Origin: Mobula hypostoma
Taxonomy: Eukaryota
Length of the DNA stretch: 64,000 nucleotides
NCBI RefSeq assembly: GCF_963921235.1
Contig: NC_086097.1
Location: forward strand, 126,172,001-126,236,000
Direction of reading: 5' to 3'
Shown here: piece after piece, positions 26,784 to 39,433 of the stretch
How the letters are laid out: each line of letters begins with the position of its first letter
Position numbering within the stretch: the stretch's first letter is position 1
The notes under the pieces: model-generated
Database searches by the model: none
What the model saw: the letters and a program-made list of their open reading frames with translations, nothing else
Told to the model about the DNA's origin: nothing
Program-made: the position numbers and the translations under genes

Positions 26784-26963
26784 ATATTTCCATGAAGATA
26801 ACCATCTGTTGCTTTAAAATCTTTGTGAACCAGTTTCTTGGCTAGCTCCTCAGACTTTTTTTTTACATTGGTCCGCTGACACACAGACACAGACACACAC
26901 ACTTACACTTTGTCCAGTTACAATGGAAAACCATTGATTTCTTCAACATTTGGATCTTTACCT

Positions 26964-27774
26964 TGTTACGTACCCGTAACGGTTTAAATGAACCAGCAGC
27001 AATAGACCACACCTGGAATTTGGATTTGATGTTAAAACCACTATCTTTATTCGTATCTACTTAATATAGCAACTTAAAACAAGAATAATCAAAAGTTAAG
27101 TGTTATGAGTCTACATATGTGTAAATGTAACTCTCAAACTATTGAGCTCCGGGGGGGGGGGGGGGGCGGCGGCACCAGGCTTAAAATCTTGATGGTAAGG
27201 TATGAAAGTTCAGTTCATCCACAGATTAAATGATGTGAGAGATATTTGTAATCCAAGGTGAATATCGAGAGAAGGCCTTTATGTCCTGTTCAATGGTGGT
27301 AAACAGGTTAACAATCGCCGTAGGTTTTACCCATCATCGTTCCAAATCCACTTACGAATGATCACCAATAGTAGCTTATCACAGGGGTACCGTCTTCAAA
27401 GGGAACTATCACCCAGGCAAGGGTTAACAGATAGGTAGATTCCACAAGGTTGCCCCAGTCACGCAACGTTATAGCCACTTAGCGATGTGCTGGATCGATA
27501 CTCAACCCATCCTTGTGGGGCACTCGAAAGTTCCAACCAGTGACCCCTTAGTCACTGGCTTCCTTCCATTGTCCGACTCCAACTGCGACTGCCTGTGTGT
27601 GAGTGAGTGTCTTTGCTTAACTCAAAACAAGCTGCAGAGTCCCATAGCTCCGCCTTCTCTCTCTCTCTCAGTAAGAATCAAACAGGAGCCAAGAAAGCTG
27701 GTGGCTGACGTCACTCAGGCACTCTCTCTTAAAAATGACAGTCCACGGCAAGATAAACCTAGGGGTTCATCACA
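26964..27774. mobile_element. Solo LTR (Gypsy-type, 811 bp)
   Basis: TGTTACG...CATCACA termini with 4-bp TSD acct at 26960-26963 and 27775-27778; no internal coding sequence. Confidence 0.75.
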
Positions 27775-28834
27775 ACCTTCATGCTTTCACTTTTGGGGAT
27801 GCTTCGATTTGTCACTTGTGTAATGCCCATTCTTCTCGAGCATCCATTTGTGGATTTCAATAACCGGTCATCTCTGCCAGCTGATGATGAGGGGTGTTAG
27901 GTAGATGGCTTTTAATTTGGTTAATGAGGGTAATACTTTTTATATAAAAAAAAATTAAAATGAAAGAAACCTAAATGATCCAAAAAAAGACTGCTTTTTG
28001 AATCTACGTCTGTTGGCCCAAATGAATAACATAACACAATCACCTGCTACTCTTGTCTCTAAGCATGGTGCAGTGTCTAACTGCCACACAAGTTCATGTG
28101 ATTGACCATCTCCTATCCCAATTAAGTGGCATAGTGTCCCAAATAAATGAAGGCAATTGTGGCTATTTTCTTGATTTGTTTTTGTTATTTGAGTTCTCCC
28201 AAATAATTGACTGCCCCAGTTAATCAATGCCCTAATTAAATGGATTGAGAACGAGTTGTAGAGTCTTTGAAAGTGAGCCCATAGATTGTGGAATGAGTTC
28301 AGTGTTGAGGTGAGTGAAATTTCTGTCTAATGGGCGATGGTGACCCCCTGTCCTTTATCTTATGAGGTCTGGGCTACCTACAACAAGTGTCTCAAGACAC
28401 TTAAATGATAACTCAATGCTGAATCTACACAATTCTCAATTCACCGAAGGAAAAGTAAACCATCGTTTCCATTTGTAGTTTGGCACTTAGGGGCTTGGCT
28501 GTGCACAGTTGGCTCTGCTGGCCAGGTCATGTTGTCCACATGCCTGCTATCAGACTTCTGAAATAATGCCCAAGGCCTCATTAGAGAAGAGGATTGGGGG
28601 GTGGCGGGGGGGGGGGGGGTTGGCTGGGGAGAAACAGCTTGTGCTTAATGTCCCTTTTGAGAAAATGCAAGAACACCATTGACTGTTGGGATTCCCTGGC
28701 TTGTAGCTACTCTAGGTGAAGAAGATAAATTTAGGATGGTATTGAGCACCTTGTACACCTCATCCATGCTTAGTCAGTACAGAGGTCCTGCAACTACCTA
28801 CCCATCTGCCCTTTCAGGCAGTTCAGGAGAGTGG

Positions 28835-29140
28835 GGGGCAGCATGGTAGTGTAGCTATTATTGTAATGCTTTAAAGCACCAGTGATTAGTAATCAGGGTT
28901 CGATTCCTACTGCTGTTTATAAGGGGTTTGTATGTTCTCCCCATGACTGCATGGGTTTCTTCTGGGTGTACCATTTTCCTTTCACATTCCAAAGACATAC
29001 GGTTAGGGTTAGTAGATTGTGGCCATGCTATGTGGTGACAAGCTTGCCCCAGCATATTCCTCACCAATTTGATGCATACAATGCATTTCACTGTATGCTT
29101 TGATGTACGTGTGATAAATAAAGCTACTCTTATCTTATAA
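28835..29140 (+). mobile_element. tRNA-headed V-domain SINE
   Basis: A-box-like tggtagtgtagc, B-box gggttcgattcc, V-domain gtttgtatgttctccccatgactgcatgggttt. Confidence 0.75.
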
Positions 29141-29744
29141 TTCATGTCCCATCTGAAAGATTCTTCAATTGTCATGTCAGCTTCACTGTCACTTGCATAC
29201 CCTCAGGACCCACTGGAGGCAGGTTGTGCTCGATTCCAAGGATAACCGAAGAAGATGCTGATTTGTGAGAAGATCCGCATGTCAATGGAATTCCCTTGAC
29301 TGTTCCCTTCTTGGGGCACCATTATTGAGTGATGTTGGTTATTCTTGCTCATCAGCTCTGAAAATAACCACATCTTTAGGCTTATTTATTGTTTCTGATC
29401 AGTTGGTCTTCAGAATGTCTTTCTCCTAACTCCGTCATCCTCTGCTGTTCTAGGGTAGCATTTCTAGAACCAACAAAAGTTCTCCAGCCTGAAGTGTATT
29501 GCTTTCCATATATGCTGATCTGATAAATGTTTTTAGCATTCTCTATTTTTATTTCAGATTTCTAGTATCTGCAGGTTTTTGATTTTTCAGTCTTCTAAAG
29601 GACCTGAGTGTACTGGTTCTATTTTTTTTTGCAACTCTGAACATTCCATGTCATTTCCTAGTGCACTGATTACCAGGTTATTGAATTCAGTTTTGGAGGC
29701 ATTCTACTCTTGGCTTTGTTCTGTCTGATAGTAAATTTTTTTTA

Positions 29745-30015
29745 ATTTAAGGATACAGTGCGGAACAGGTCCTTCCAATCTTTGGGACTGCACCACTCAG
29801 TAACCCACTAACTTAAGCCTAACCTAATCACAGGATAATTTACAATGACAAATTAACCTACTAAACAATACATCTTTGGACTATGGGAGGAAGCTGGAGC
29901 ACCTAGAGGAAATGCACATGGGAAGGAATGTATAAATTTAGAGGATGCTGGTATTGAACTCCAAACCCCAAGCTGTATTAGCATTATGCTACCCACTACA
30001 TCATCATGGTGTTGA
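29745..30015 (-). mobile_element. Degenerate SINE
   Basis: Reverse V-domain gggaggaagctggagcacctagaggaaa; similar to 50085-50275. Confidence 0.6.
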
Positions 30016-30139
30016 GCACAATTATGCGTTCATATACTCAATGTTTTTGTAGGTTGCAGTGGAGCAGAGGCCAGTACATGTTGCATTTGCCCCAATGTAT
30101 TGTTTAAACCCATAACCCATAATCTGTTTAATGTTTCAG

Positions 30140-30225
30140 TGTTGTGAAGAAGGTGGCCCAGTACATGGCTGATGTGTTGGAAGACAGTAGGGACAAAGTA
30201 CAAGAGAACCTTTTGGCCAGTGGAG
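30140..30225 (+). CDS. ATP6V1C1: ATP6V1C1 exon 4 (86 nt)
   Basis: tttcag| (S)[28 protein letters not shown]+G |gtaaat; phase compatible. Confidence 0.97.
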
Positions 30226-30544
30226 GTAAATAGAAAACTCTTGAATCGCAGTGGAATTTTGCACTGTTAATCCTGCTTTCAGTTACATTCCTGCTTTCTT
30301 TTTAATAGGTTGTAGGAATTGAATTTCACCCATGTTCATGCATGAGTGATTATTGCATCTCTGAGACCAATGTTATCAAATGCTGGAATTTCATGATCAG
30401 TCCAGTTCGTATTTTATTTGCTGGAAACAATGATACTGAGCAGCCATTATGTAATTAAGATGCAGTAACAAAGCAGACATTTAGTGGGATGTTAATCAGT
30501 TATCATGCACTGGAGCAAGGGGAAGCTTTCCTATCATGCCATTG

Positions 30545-31480
30545 GAGAGGCAACAATGGGGGACAAAAAAAATGGAGGACATCATTGTTCACTTCAAAGA
30601 AGCCATCAGTATGCCAGAAATTTGGAGTGTCAAGGGGCAGAAGTGAGAGTAGTGTTATTACTAAGGAGAAGGTGTTTTGCTTGGGAAGTTGACATGTCTT
30701 AAATGTAGATAAGTCACCTGGACCACCAGGGTTTTGAAAGTGGTTGCCAAAGGGATTGTGGAGCCATCTTTCAAGAAATCACTGGACTCTGGAATGATTC
30801 CAGAGGACTGAAAAATTGCAAATGTTACACCTGCTTTAAGTAGGGAGGGTAGTAAAAGACAGGAAATTATAGGCCAATTAGCTTGACTTCAGTGGTTGGT
30901 AAGATGTTGGAGTCCATTATTAAGGATGAGGTTTTGGTGGATTTGGAAGCACATGATAAAGTAGGCTGAAGCCAGTATTGTTTTCTTCAAGAGAAATCTT
31001 GCCTCACAAATCTGTTGGAATTCTTTGAGGAACTAACAGACAGGATAGACAAAGGGTGCTCAGTGGATGTTTACTTCGATTTTTCAGAAGCCCTGTAAGG
31101 TACCGTACATGAAGCTGCTTAATAAGATGAGTCCATGGTATTACAGGAAAAATACCAATATGGACAGAAGATTGGCTGACTGGCAGGAGGCAAAGAATTG
31201 GAATAAAGGGGGTCTTTTCTGGTTGGCTGCTGGTGACTAGTGGTAATCTTCAGGGCCCTGTGTTGGGACTGCTTCTTTTCACATTATATTTCATTGATTT
31301 AGCTGATGGTTTTATGGCGAAGTTTGCAAATGACACAAAGATATGTGGAGAAGCAGGTAGTTTGCAGAAGGATGGATTAGGAAAATGGACAAAGGTGGCA
31401 GACAGTGTATGGAAGTATATGTTAGAAAGATAAAGGCATAGACTGTTTTCTAAACGGAGCATATTCAAAAATCGCAGGAA
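30545..31480 (+). mobile_element. Degenerate CR1 RT fragment
   Basis: NYRPISLTSVVGK, KSCLTNLLEFFE and KFANDTK motifs. Confidence 0.85.
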
Positions 31481-32665
31481 GACAATGAAGGCAATCCATT
31501 ATCTGCATTAGGTATCTGTGATTTTGTTCATTTTCTGTCAATCAAAAGAACAAAATGGTGTACACTGAATTCTGTTAATAACTATTAGGAGCTAATATAA
31601 AAGTTTATAGTACTGTAATAGTGTTGGTAGTGTTCTAATTTCTGTATTTCATTCAATACATAATTTGTAATTCTGTTAAATGGTGGTTTGTCTTTTAGAC
31701 CCTTATAACTATTTCATTGGAACTTTGGCTTTTTGAGGCAGCTGCTTACTTGGGCCATAATGTACTGGTCCTGATGTGTCCCAATTCACTAGAATGCATT
31801 GCTTGTGTCTGTACCTTAAATTGCAGCTTCAGTTGTGAAACAGACCTGTCCTGAAATGGCTGGGATAGATGTGCGACAAGGAGATTCATTGTCTTCCCAA
31901 AGGTTCTTTCAATGGGACAGAATCAGAATGTCCTATTAAATTGTGCGCATTGTTTATTTCTTGAAGACTGGTTCTTATTTTAGTTAATCCATAGTTATGC
32001 TATCAATAATGAAGGTTAAATCCTGTTTCAGCCAGCTCCACATGGTTCAAACAGATTCGGATCGGTTCAAACCAGAGCTTAAAGTAAAGTAACCTTTTGG
32101 AGATAGTGATCATAATATAACAGAATTCATCCTGCAGTTTAAGATGGCAAAGCCAAAATCTGATGTACCAGTATCATAGTGGAATAAAGAGAACTAAAGT
32201 TGTATGAGGAAGGAACAGGCCAAGGCTGATTGGAAAGGGACCCTAGCAGGGATGATGGCAGAAAAGCAATGGCTGGAGTTTCTGGGGAGAAGTTCAGAAG
32301 GCGCAGGATCAATTCATCCCAAAGAGTAAGTATCAAGGGAGGATGACGCAACAATGGCTGACAAGGGAAGTCAAAAATAGTATAAAAGCAAAAGAGGGAG
32401 CATATAATGTCACAAAAATAGTGTGAAACTGGAGGATTGGGAAGCTTTTTAAAAACAAAGCTAATAGAAGGCAATAATCAGTTAAAAGATGAACTACATA
32501 GGGTAAGCTAGCTCATAATAGAAATGAGGGTACTAAAAATTTTCAGATATAAAGAGGAAAAGAGAAATGAGCTTGGACATCGGACCACATGAAAATGTCG
32601 TTGGCGAGGTAATAATGGCGGAACAAAGAAATTGTGTATGTTGCTTCAGTTTTCCCTGTGTAAAA

Positions 32666-33207
32666 CTCTATTTCCTGAGGAGACAGAGGTCCTTTAACAT
32701 CTGCCAGACGATACTGAGGATGTTCTACGAGTCTGTGGTGGCCAGTGCTATCATGTTTGCTGTTGTGTGCTGGGGCAGCAGGCTGAGGGTAGCAGACACC
32801 AACGGAATCAACAAACTCATTCGTAAGGCCAGTGATGTTGTGGGGATGGAACTGGACTCTCTCACAGTGGTGTCTGAAATGAGGATGCTGTCCAAGTTGC
32901 ATGCCATCTTGGGCAATGTCTCCCATCCACTACATAATGTGCTGGTTGGGCACAGCAGTACATTCAGTCAGAGACTCATTCCACCGAGATGCAACACAGA
33001 CCTTCATAGGAAGTCATTCCTGCCTGTGGCCATCAAACTTTACAACTCCTCCCTTGGAGGGTCAGACACCCTGGGCCTGTAGGCTGGTCCTGGACTTATT
33101 TCCTGGCATAATTTACATATTACTATTTAACTATTTATGGTTTTATTATTTATGAAGCAACTGTAACGAAAATCCAATTTCCCCCGGGATCAATAAAGTA
33201 TGACTAT
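32666..33207 (+). mobile_element. 5'-truncated Rex1/Babar-like LINE
   Basis: LYFLRR...FYESVVASAIMFAVVCWG...KSFLPVAIKLYN; 3' end gggatcaataaagtatgactat. Confidence 0.88.
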
Positions 33208-34249
33208 AATCTGTTCAGGAAATGGTTGTTGTCTTTTTTCATATTTTTAACTATATCATTTAAATAGTTGGGACAGCCACTTACTTGGGCCATAATATGC
33301 TGGTCATGATGTGTCCCAATTATCCAGAATCCACTGCTTGTGTTTGTACCCAAAATGTAGAGCTTTGGTTAGTGTTGATGGATGGCTCCATGAATATACA
33401 ACTAACCGAAAGGACCGGTCCTGAGCTGGCTGGGATACATGTGCAATAGAACATTCATTGTCTTCCCCAAGTTTATTGGTGGGATTAAACTGTGTACAGG
33501 TTTTATTTCTTGAAGACTGATTCTTTTTGTTAATCTGTAATGTGATAACTCCAGAATTAAGTTTAAATTCGGTTTTGGCCAGTTCCATGTGGTTTAGATA
33601 TGTTCAAACCAGTTCTGGTGGGTTCAAACTGGTTCCAGCGGGTTCAGACTGGTTCAATTGGATTCCAGCTGGTTCTGACTGGTTCAAATGGGTGGCTAGT
33701 TCAGAAGTGTTTTGGCCAGTTCACTGATTTTGACCTGTTCAGTCTGGATCAAACCAGTTTCAGCCAGTTTAAAGCAGAGCTTAAGATAAAGACCCTTTGG
33801 CGATTGATCATAACATGATAGAATTCACCCTGCAGATTGAGCTTGAGAGGCTAAAATCTGATGTACCAGTATTACAGTGGAGTAAAGGGATCTACAGTTG
33901 CATGAGAAAGAAGCTGGCCAAAGTTGATTGGAAAGGATAACTAGCAGGGATGATGCCAAAACAGCACTGGGAGCTTCTGGGAGAAATTTGGAAGGTGCAG
34001 GATAGATTGATCCCAAAGACGTAGTGGTATTATGAAAGGAGGGTGACACAACCATGGCTGACTGGGAAGGTCAGAGATGGCATAAAAACAAGAGAGGGCA
34101 TATAATGCAAAAAATAGTGGGGAACTGGAGGATTGGGAAGCTTTTTATATATTAAAAAAAAACAAACAAAGCAACAGAAGGCAATTAAAAAGTAATAATC
34201 AGTGAAAAGATAAAGTTAATTATCTATGCTGCGTTCAGATTGGAGGACA

Positions 34250-35120
34250 GGATGACTCCAAGGTCAGCAAAAGCCGTGCTGTCCTGTGCCATCAGGAAGG
34301 TAAAGTGTGAGTATGCACAGAAAACCCACAGCCACCTTTGTGACACCATGGACATGCAGTGCATGTGGCCAGGCGTATAATCCATAACCAATTACAAGTT
34401 CACCCTGCACGTCAACAACAGTGGCGCCTCCCTTTTGGGCTGAATGTTTTCTATGCACGATTTGATCAATTGAATGTTATGACTGAGGTAAGCCCCCTTG
34501 CTTCTTGGGAACAGGCACCCTGTACAGCTGTAGCCCAGGTGAGGACGACGCTCGCCAGGTTAAACCCATGCAAAGCTGTAGGGCTGGACAACATACCTGG
34601 TTAGGTGCTGAGGACTATGTGAACCAGCTGACAGAAGTCTTAACAGACATCTTTAATATCTCTCTGAAACAGTGAACTGACCCTGCAGGCTTCATGGCAG
34701 CCACCAAAATTCTGGTGCCCAACAGAGCAATGGCATTTGCCTAAATGATTACCACTCAGTGCACTGATTTCAGAAATCATGAAGTGCTTTGAGTGGATGG
34801 TAAGAAATCATATAAAATCCCACCTTCCATCTACATTGGACTCTGTAGTTTGCCTACTGCTGAAGCTCCGGTACGCCTCCAGTGGAGTGCACTGACTCTG
34901 CCTCTCTAATGAATACCCTGCCATTACAGAGGCCTCGTCACTACGATAACAAACTGTTTATTTTGCTATTTACCTGTGCTGCACTTTACTACATACTGAA
35001 TTGTATTTTATTAACTTATAGTATAATGTTTTGGTTTATGTACTATGTGTGAGGTATGTTGTGGGTGCACTATGGTCCAGAGGAAAGTTGTTTCATTTGG
35101 TTGTAAACTTGAACCTAAAT
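34250..35120 (+). mobile_element. Old Rex1-like LINE fragment
   Basis: LNVFYARFD, KAVGLDNIPG and IMKCFE motifs; gaactt-like tail. Confidence 0.7.
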
Positions 35121-36612
35121 ACATTCACTATTTTCTCTTAGCTGTTAGTTTTCCGGTACTTTGTACTTTTCAAGTTCAAGTTTAATTGTCATTCAACCAT
35201 TCATGACTACCATGAATACAGCCAAACAAAACAGTATTACTCTGGGGCAAACACAGCACCAACAGTCACACACAGCACATATAAGATGTCAGTAAAATAG
35301 TCACACAAAAAATATCGTCCAAGGTCCTGAATCCATTAATGTTGCAACAATCTACAATCAAACACAATACCGTTTGTTTTCTGTCCAGTGTGAACACTAG
35401 GGGCTGCACTGACTCCAGCCTGGACGCTGTGTCGTACCAACTCTGGTGAAATGCACCTGCTCCAACACCCCTCTCTTAGGCAGCTGTAAACTGGTGACAC
35501 TGGCTTGAGGCCTAGTCCTTGCTACGATCAAGGCCACGCAGCTCTCCTGCCAGCGGCCAATGAATCAGACTTGCAGCGTTCCATATTAACAATGTCCAAC
35601 AGGGTCTTGTGATCACAGGAAAAGCAACCAAGATGAGCACTTGCTGTTAGATTCCACACCGCCTTCATGTGCCAACTCCTCTGATGCCTCTGTGACACAG
35701 GCAGGAGCACGATCTGAACCAAGTCCAGCTCCTTTAGTTTCTCCATCAATGAGCAACTTGCTGATGGGGCAGTACTTTAAATTCTTAATGCCCAGTAGGA
35801 TCTTGCGATTGTAACAGATGCATTTAAAAAAGATAATAACACCTTTGGTTGGCCACATAGAAGCCACTGCGATTGACTGCACCAACATCTTAGCAGAAGC
35901 ACACTCTTACTGTTGGGCTTTGGTTTACATATCTCAATTTAATTTTCACTTTTTTTTTACTTGAGTTCTGTATTGTAATTTACCTACTGATCCTCTTGGT
36001 GAAATCTTGTTAGTTCTCTGCAATATCCAAAATTAAGTTGTGTGTGAGAACAGCTGTAATTAACTTTATACACCTTGAAGAAATTAGTTTTGTTACAAGG
36101 ATCACCCCTTTTAAAAATGATCAGTGAGGTACAGAAAATCTGTGCTTATTGGCAAGTAACTTCTATTGTTTCAACTAAAAAGCGTGTAGGTTCACACACT
36201 ATCTACCTGTGTGCACCCTACGAGAACCACTGACACTCCATGAACAGTAAATGAAGAGAAAAGGTATTACCCGGGAGAGGAGTCTACGCTGGCCAGGCGT
36301 TCCTCATGGTCCCGATCTCCACGTGTCTGTGGGGTCCTCCTTATCCGCCATGGTTGGTCTCTGGCTGCTGGAGAGTTATCGCCCCAGCGTTTTTGGAGCA
36401 CCTGAGTCTTGTACGGTTCCTCACTAATTGAACCATTGGATCTCCACCCTATTGGCTCAATGTCACCTGACCGACCTGGTTCATCATCTTACTGGTCACT
36501 GTACGGGGCTGCAACCAACATTGTTTCATGGTTCTACCCATTCTAGCCTTGTGTATTTGTGTCTTTACACTCTGACTGGTCCAAGCCAGTTAAATGAGGC
36601 AACCCAGACAAA

Positions 36613-37300
36613 GGCTACGTCCACACTAGACCGGATAAATCGGTAACCAAAGCTTTTTTTCTTTGTTTCGACCCTCTGTCCACACTGAAATGGCATTTTC
36701 CTCCCCCGAAAACGGAGCTTTTCTAAAACGCTCTCCAGAGTGTGTAAATCTGAAAACGCCGGTTGGGTGGTGTAGTGTGTACGGGGTAACTGGAGCTTTT
36801 TAAAAATGCTGTCATGATGTACCGGAATAGATGGTGGCAGCAGCGCTGCATTTCATTGTTTTCTTGAACGCGTATAGCGTTCTTTATAGCAGTCAAGGAT
36901 GTCATTGTATTTGGTTTGGCACGACACGACTCCCAGTCCACGTTCTTGCTGACTTTGTAGTCGTTTGTAACTCGCAGAAGCAGCTCGACTTCATCGTCTG
37001 TCCAAACGAAGTCTGGTCTGCTTTTTCCAGCAGAGGTTTTCTTTGTATTCCTCAAAGACAGACATTGTTGAAAACGTCGCTGTTTTTGTAGGTACTCTAG
37101 TTTTTGACCAATGGAAATAGCACAACGCGGCCGCGGAAACGGAAATAGTATACGGTTTTCTCTTCGCTTGTTTTTTGTAGATGTGCCCTGCACATGCCCA
37201 GCAGGAGGAGATTCGCCCAAATACCCATTTTAATGTGGACAGAGGTATTTTCAAAAACACCAGCATTTTCAAAATTATCCGGTCTAGTGTGGACGTAGTC
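36613..37300 (-). mobile_element. PIF/Harbinger non-autonomous element with Myb/SANT-like remnant
   Basis: TIRs GGCTACGTCCACACTAGACCGGATAA / TTATCCGGTCTAGTGTGGACGTAGTC; 3-bp flanks aaa/aaa; minus-strand FVWTDDEVELLLRV...VDWESC. Confidence 0.85.
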
Positions 37301-38186
37301 AAAGTCTAAAGAGATTACAGATTGTTTCTTTTGTAGGTCTGGCATTTTGCATAACAAGTAGCTACTCCTCTGAGAATGGTCCTAGATTTATTGCTCTGAT
37401 TAACTGTCCCAGAGTCAAGAATCAGTTCAGAGTCCACACCCTTTACATGACAAATGGCTACTTGTTTGAGAATGGTCTCAGGTTTAGCAGATCATTACCT
37501 GAAGCTTCCTGTGTCCACATTCAGTTGGTCTGATTAGGTTGTCCAACAGCAAGAATCAATTCAGAGTCCGCAAAATGGAGGGGAAAACAAAGACAACTGG
37601 CTTGCCTGCTTCCCCTGTCCTTGATCAGACTCTATTTCTTCTGGCCCACAGTTTCCTTGTAACTCAACCACTACTGCCGGAACTTTCTTTTCATGTTGAT
37701 ATTGCTGCTTTAATTTCTCTCAAAATATGCCTCTTCCATTATTGAAATCTGGAGTCATGAAATTTACAGATTCTTGTCTTTTAATAGTCATGATGTTAGT
37801 TTGCAGATAGTGCAAGATGGTAACAATCTGACTAAATCAGAAGTACAGATTTATAACAATTTACTATAAACCGTTTATTGTTTTCTATCAACAAGCACAT
37901 TTGTACCTTTTCATTAAAATTGATATTTTGGTTACAAATCTACTATCATTTTTAAGGTAGAATTTGATGTAAATATATTCATGTATCTTACAATTATAGT
38001 CATTACTTTGTAGTTTAACTTCTGCGCATTATAATTCTCGTTACTGGAATCTTAAGTGTAGAACTATAATCTTCGTGCCCTTTTGTTGATCCACTTATTT
38101 CAGCATTCATTAGAATTGGCCAACTGTTTGCTTTTAAAAAAGACTTATTTTTGTTCCCCTTGTAGTGAGGAAAAATGAACTACAGG

Positions 38187-38208
38187 TGTTTGTGTGTGTG
38201 TGTGTGTG
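38187..38208. repeat. (TG)n microsatellite
   Basis: Direct reading. Confidence 0.9.
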
Positions 38209-38868
38209 CGCTTTTCATAATCTTTAGTCAGGAGTTTCTTTGCAACTGTAGTGCTTCAAATCTTTGTTTTTATATTCCACATTGGCGACGGTTCTCTGGT
38301 TCACCAAACTCCAGTATGTAATATGGAGGTGCAAGACTGATGTACCATATTTCATCTTGCTGAAACCTAACAGAAGCTTCAAATTCCTCTGGAGTATTAG
38401 GTTTGCCATTATAGTTCCTTGATTTTATTTGTTATTTGGAGACATGGCATGGTAACAGGCACTACAGCTTGGAGTGTAAAACTGCAGTTTCTTCCACCAG
38501 GTTGCTACATGAATCCAAATTTTGCTTGCACTTCAGGCAACTAATGCATTACTGAGTTCATATGAAAGAAGTTAACTGGGGCTTCATAACGGTTTTAGTT
38601 ATTTTAAGTACAAGAGATTCTTCAGATTCTGGAAATGCAGAGTAATGCAGACAGTGCTGGAGGAACTCAAGAATTTTGTGTATGGTACCCTGATTTATTT
38701 ATTTTGAAGTTTGGTGTACTAGTAAGTGCAATATAGTAATAAGTAACCAAAATGACATTTATTTAGCAGAAGTGTTTTATGTTGAATAAGCTGGTGCTTT
38801 ACTAATGGTGATCGACCACAGTATTAGCAGAATCAACATGCTACATTCACCTTTGAATCTCCAAAAAT

Positions 38869-39365
38869 GTTGAATAAACTCTTCTCAGGCTTCCAGCCAG
38901 GTACAGGTATCAATTATAACCAATGTTTCGATGACAAACTCTGCCATCTTCATCAGGGATGATGTCTGGGCATGCCTAGTCCAGTGGTATTTATACTCAT
39001 GTAGTCTGTTACTCCTGATTTGATGAGAACTAACCAATCAGGTTTCCATTCTCCCACCTTGTTTACAATCAAATTTCAGTTCTAAGAGCGAGACCCTCAG
39101 CTTTGTTAAAATTCTTTTCCTCTTAAGTTTATTTCAATGGCTTCCTTCACCAGGCAGTCCCAAAAGCCATTGGTGTTGAAGTCAGTCCTATGGCCAGTGC
39201 AAATTCAGTGTCTGCTACCACCAATTTCTCCGGGTAACCCAAATGGATACACTTTGTGTTCTCCTTGATGTGGGTTTCTACTGTGCATCCCATCTGGCTG
39301 ATACTGTATACGCTGCTCCACGTTCACAGGGAATCCGTAAACGCCAGCTAACCTGAGTCCCAGCA
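38869..39365 (-). mobile_element. Penelope-like element, second family: GIY-YIG end plus terminal repeat with degenerate hammerhead
   Basis: Minus strand gives broken GLRLAGVY-IPCE-G...VETHIKE; CUGAUGA-stem-GAAA at about 38917-38960. Confidence 0.75.
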
Positions 39366-39433
39366 CTAGATCCTTTTTCCAACAATGTCTTTTATACCTT
39401 AAAGTACATATTGATCCATATCTGCTTCAATTA

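Larger units (their letters stand above)
25814..28245 (-). mobile_element. Tigger/pogo-type element (CAGTGGATTCC end), fragmented by RTE and LTR insertions
   Basis: TA|CAGTGGATTCCAGTTAATTGGGACAC start shared with 53579-54402; minus-strand DDE-region remnant (FVIGKSVKTLCFKG). Confidence 0.75.

Noticed and set aside
33580..33770. Short repeats as a CRISPR array
   Set aside because: Contiguous degenerate 10-mers with no unique spacers, no cas genes, and a vertebrate intron context.
36125..37570. Possible second solo LTR around the Harbinger element
   Set aside because: No matching TG...CA ends with a TSD could be found.
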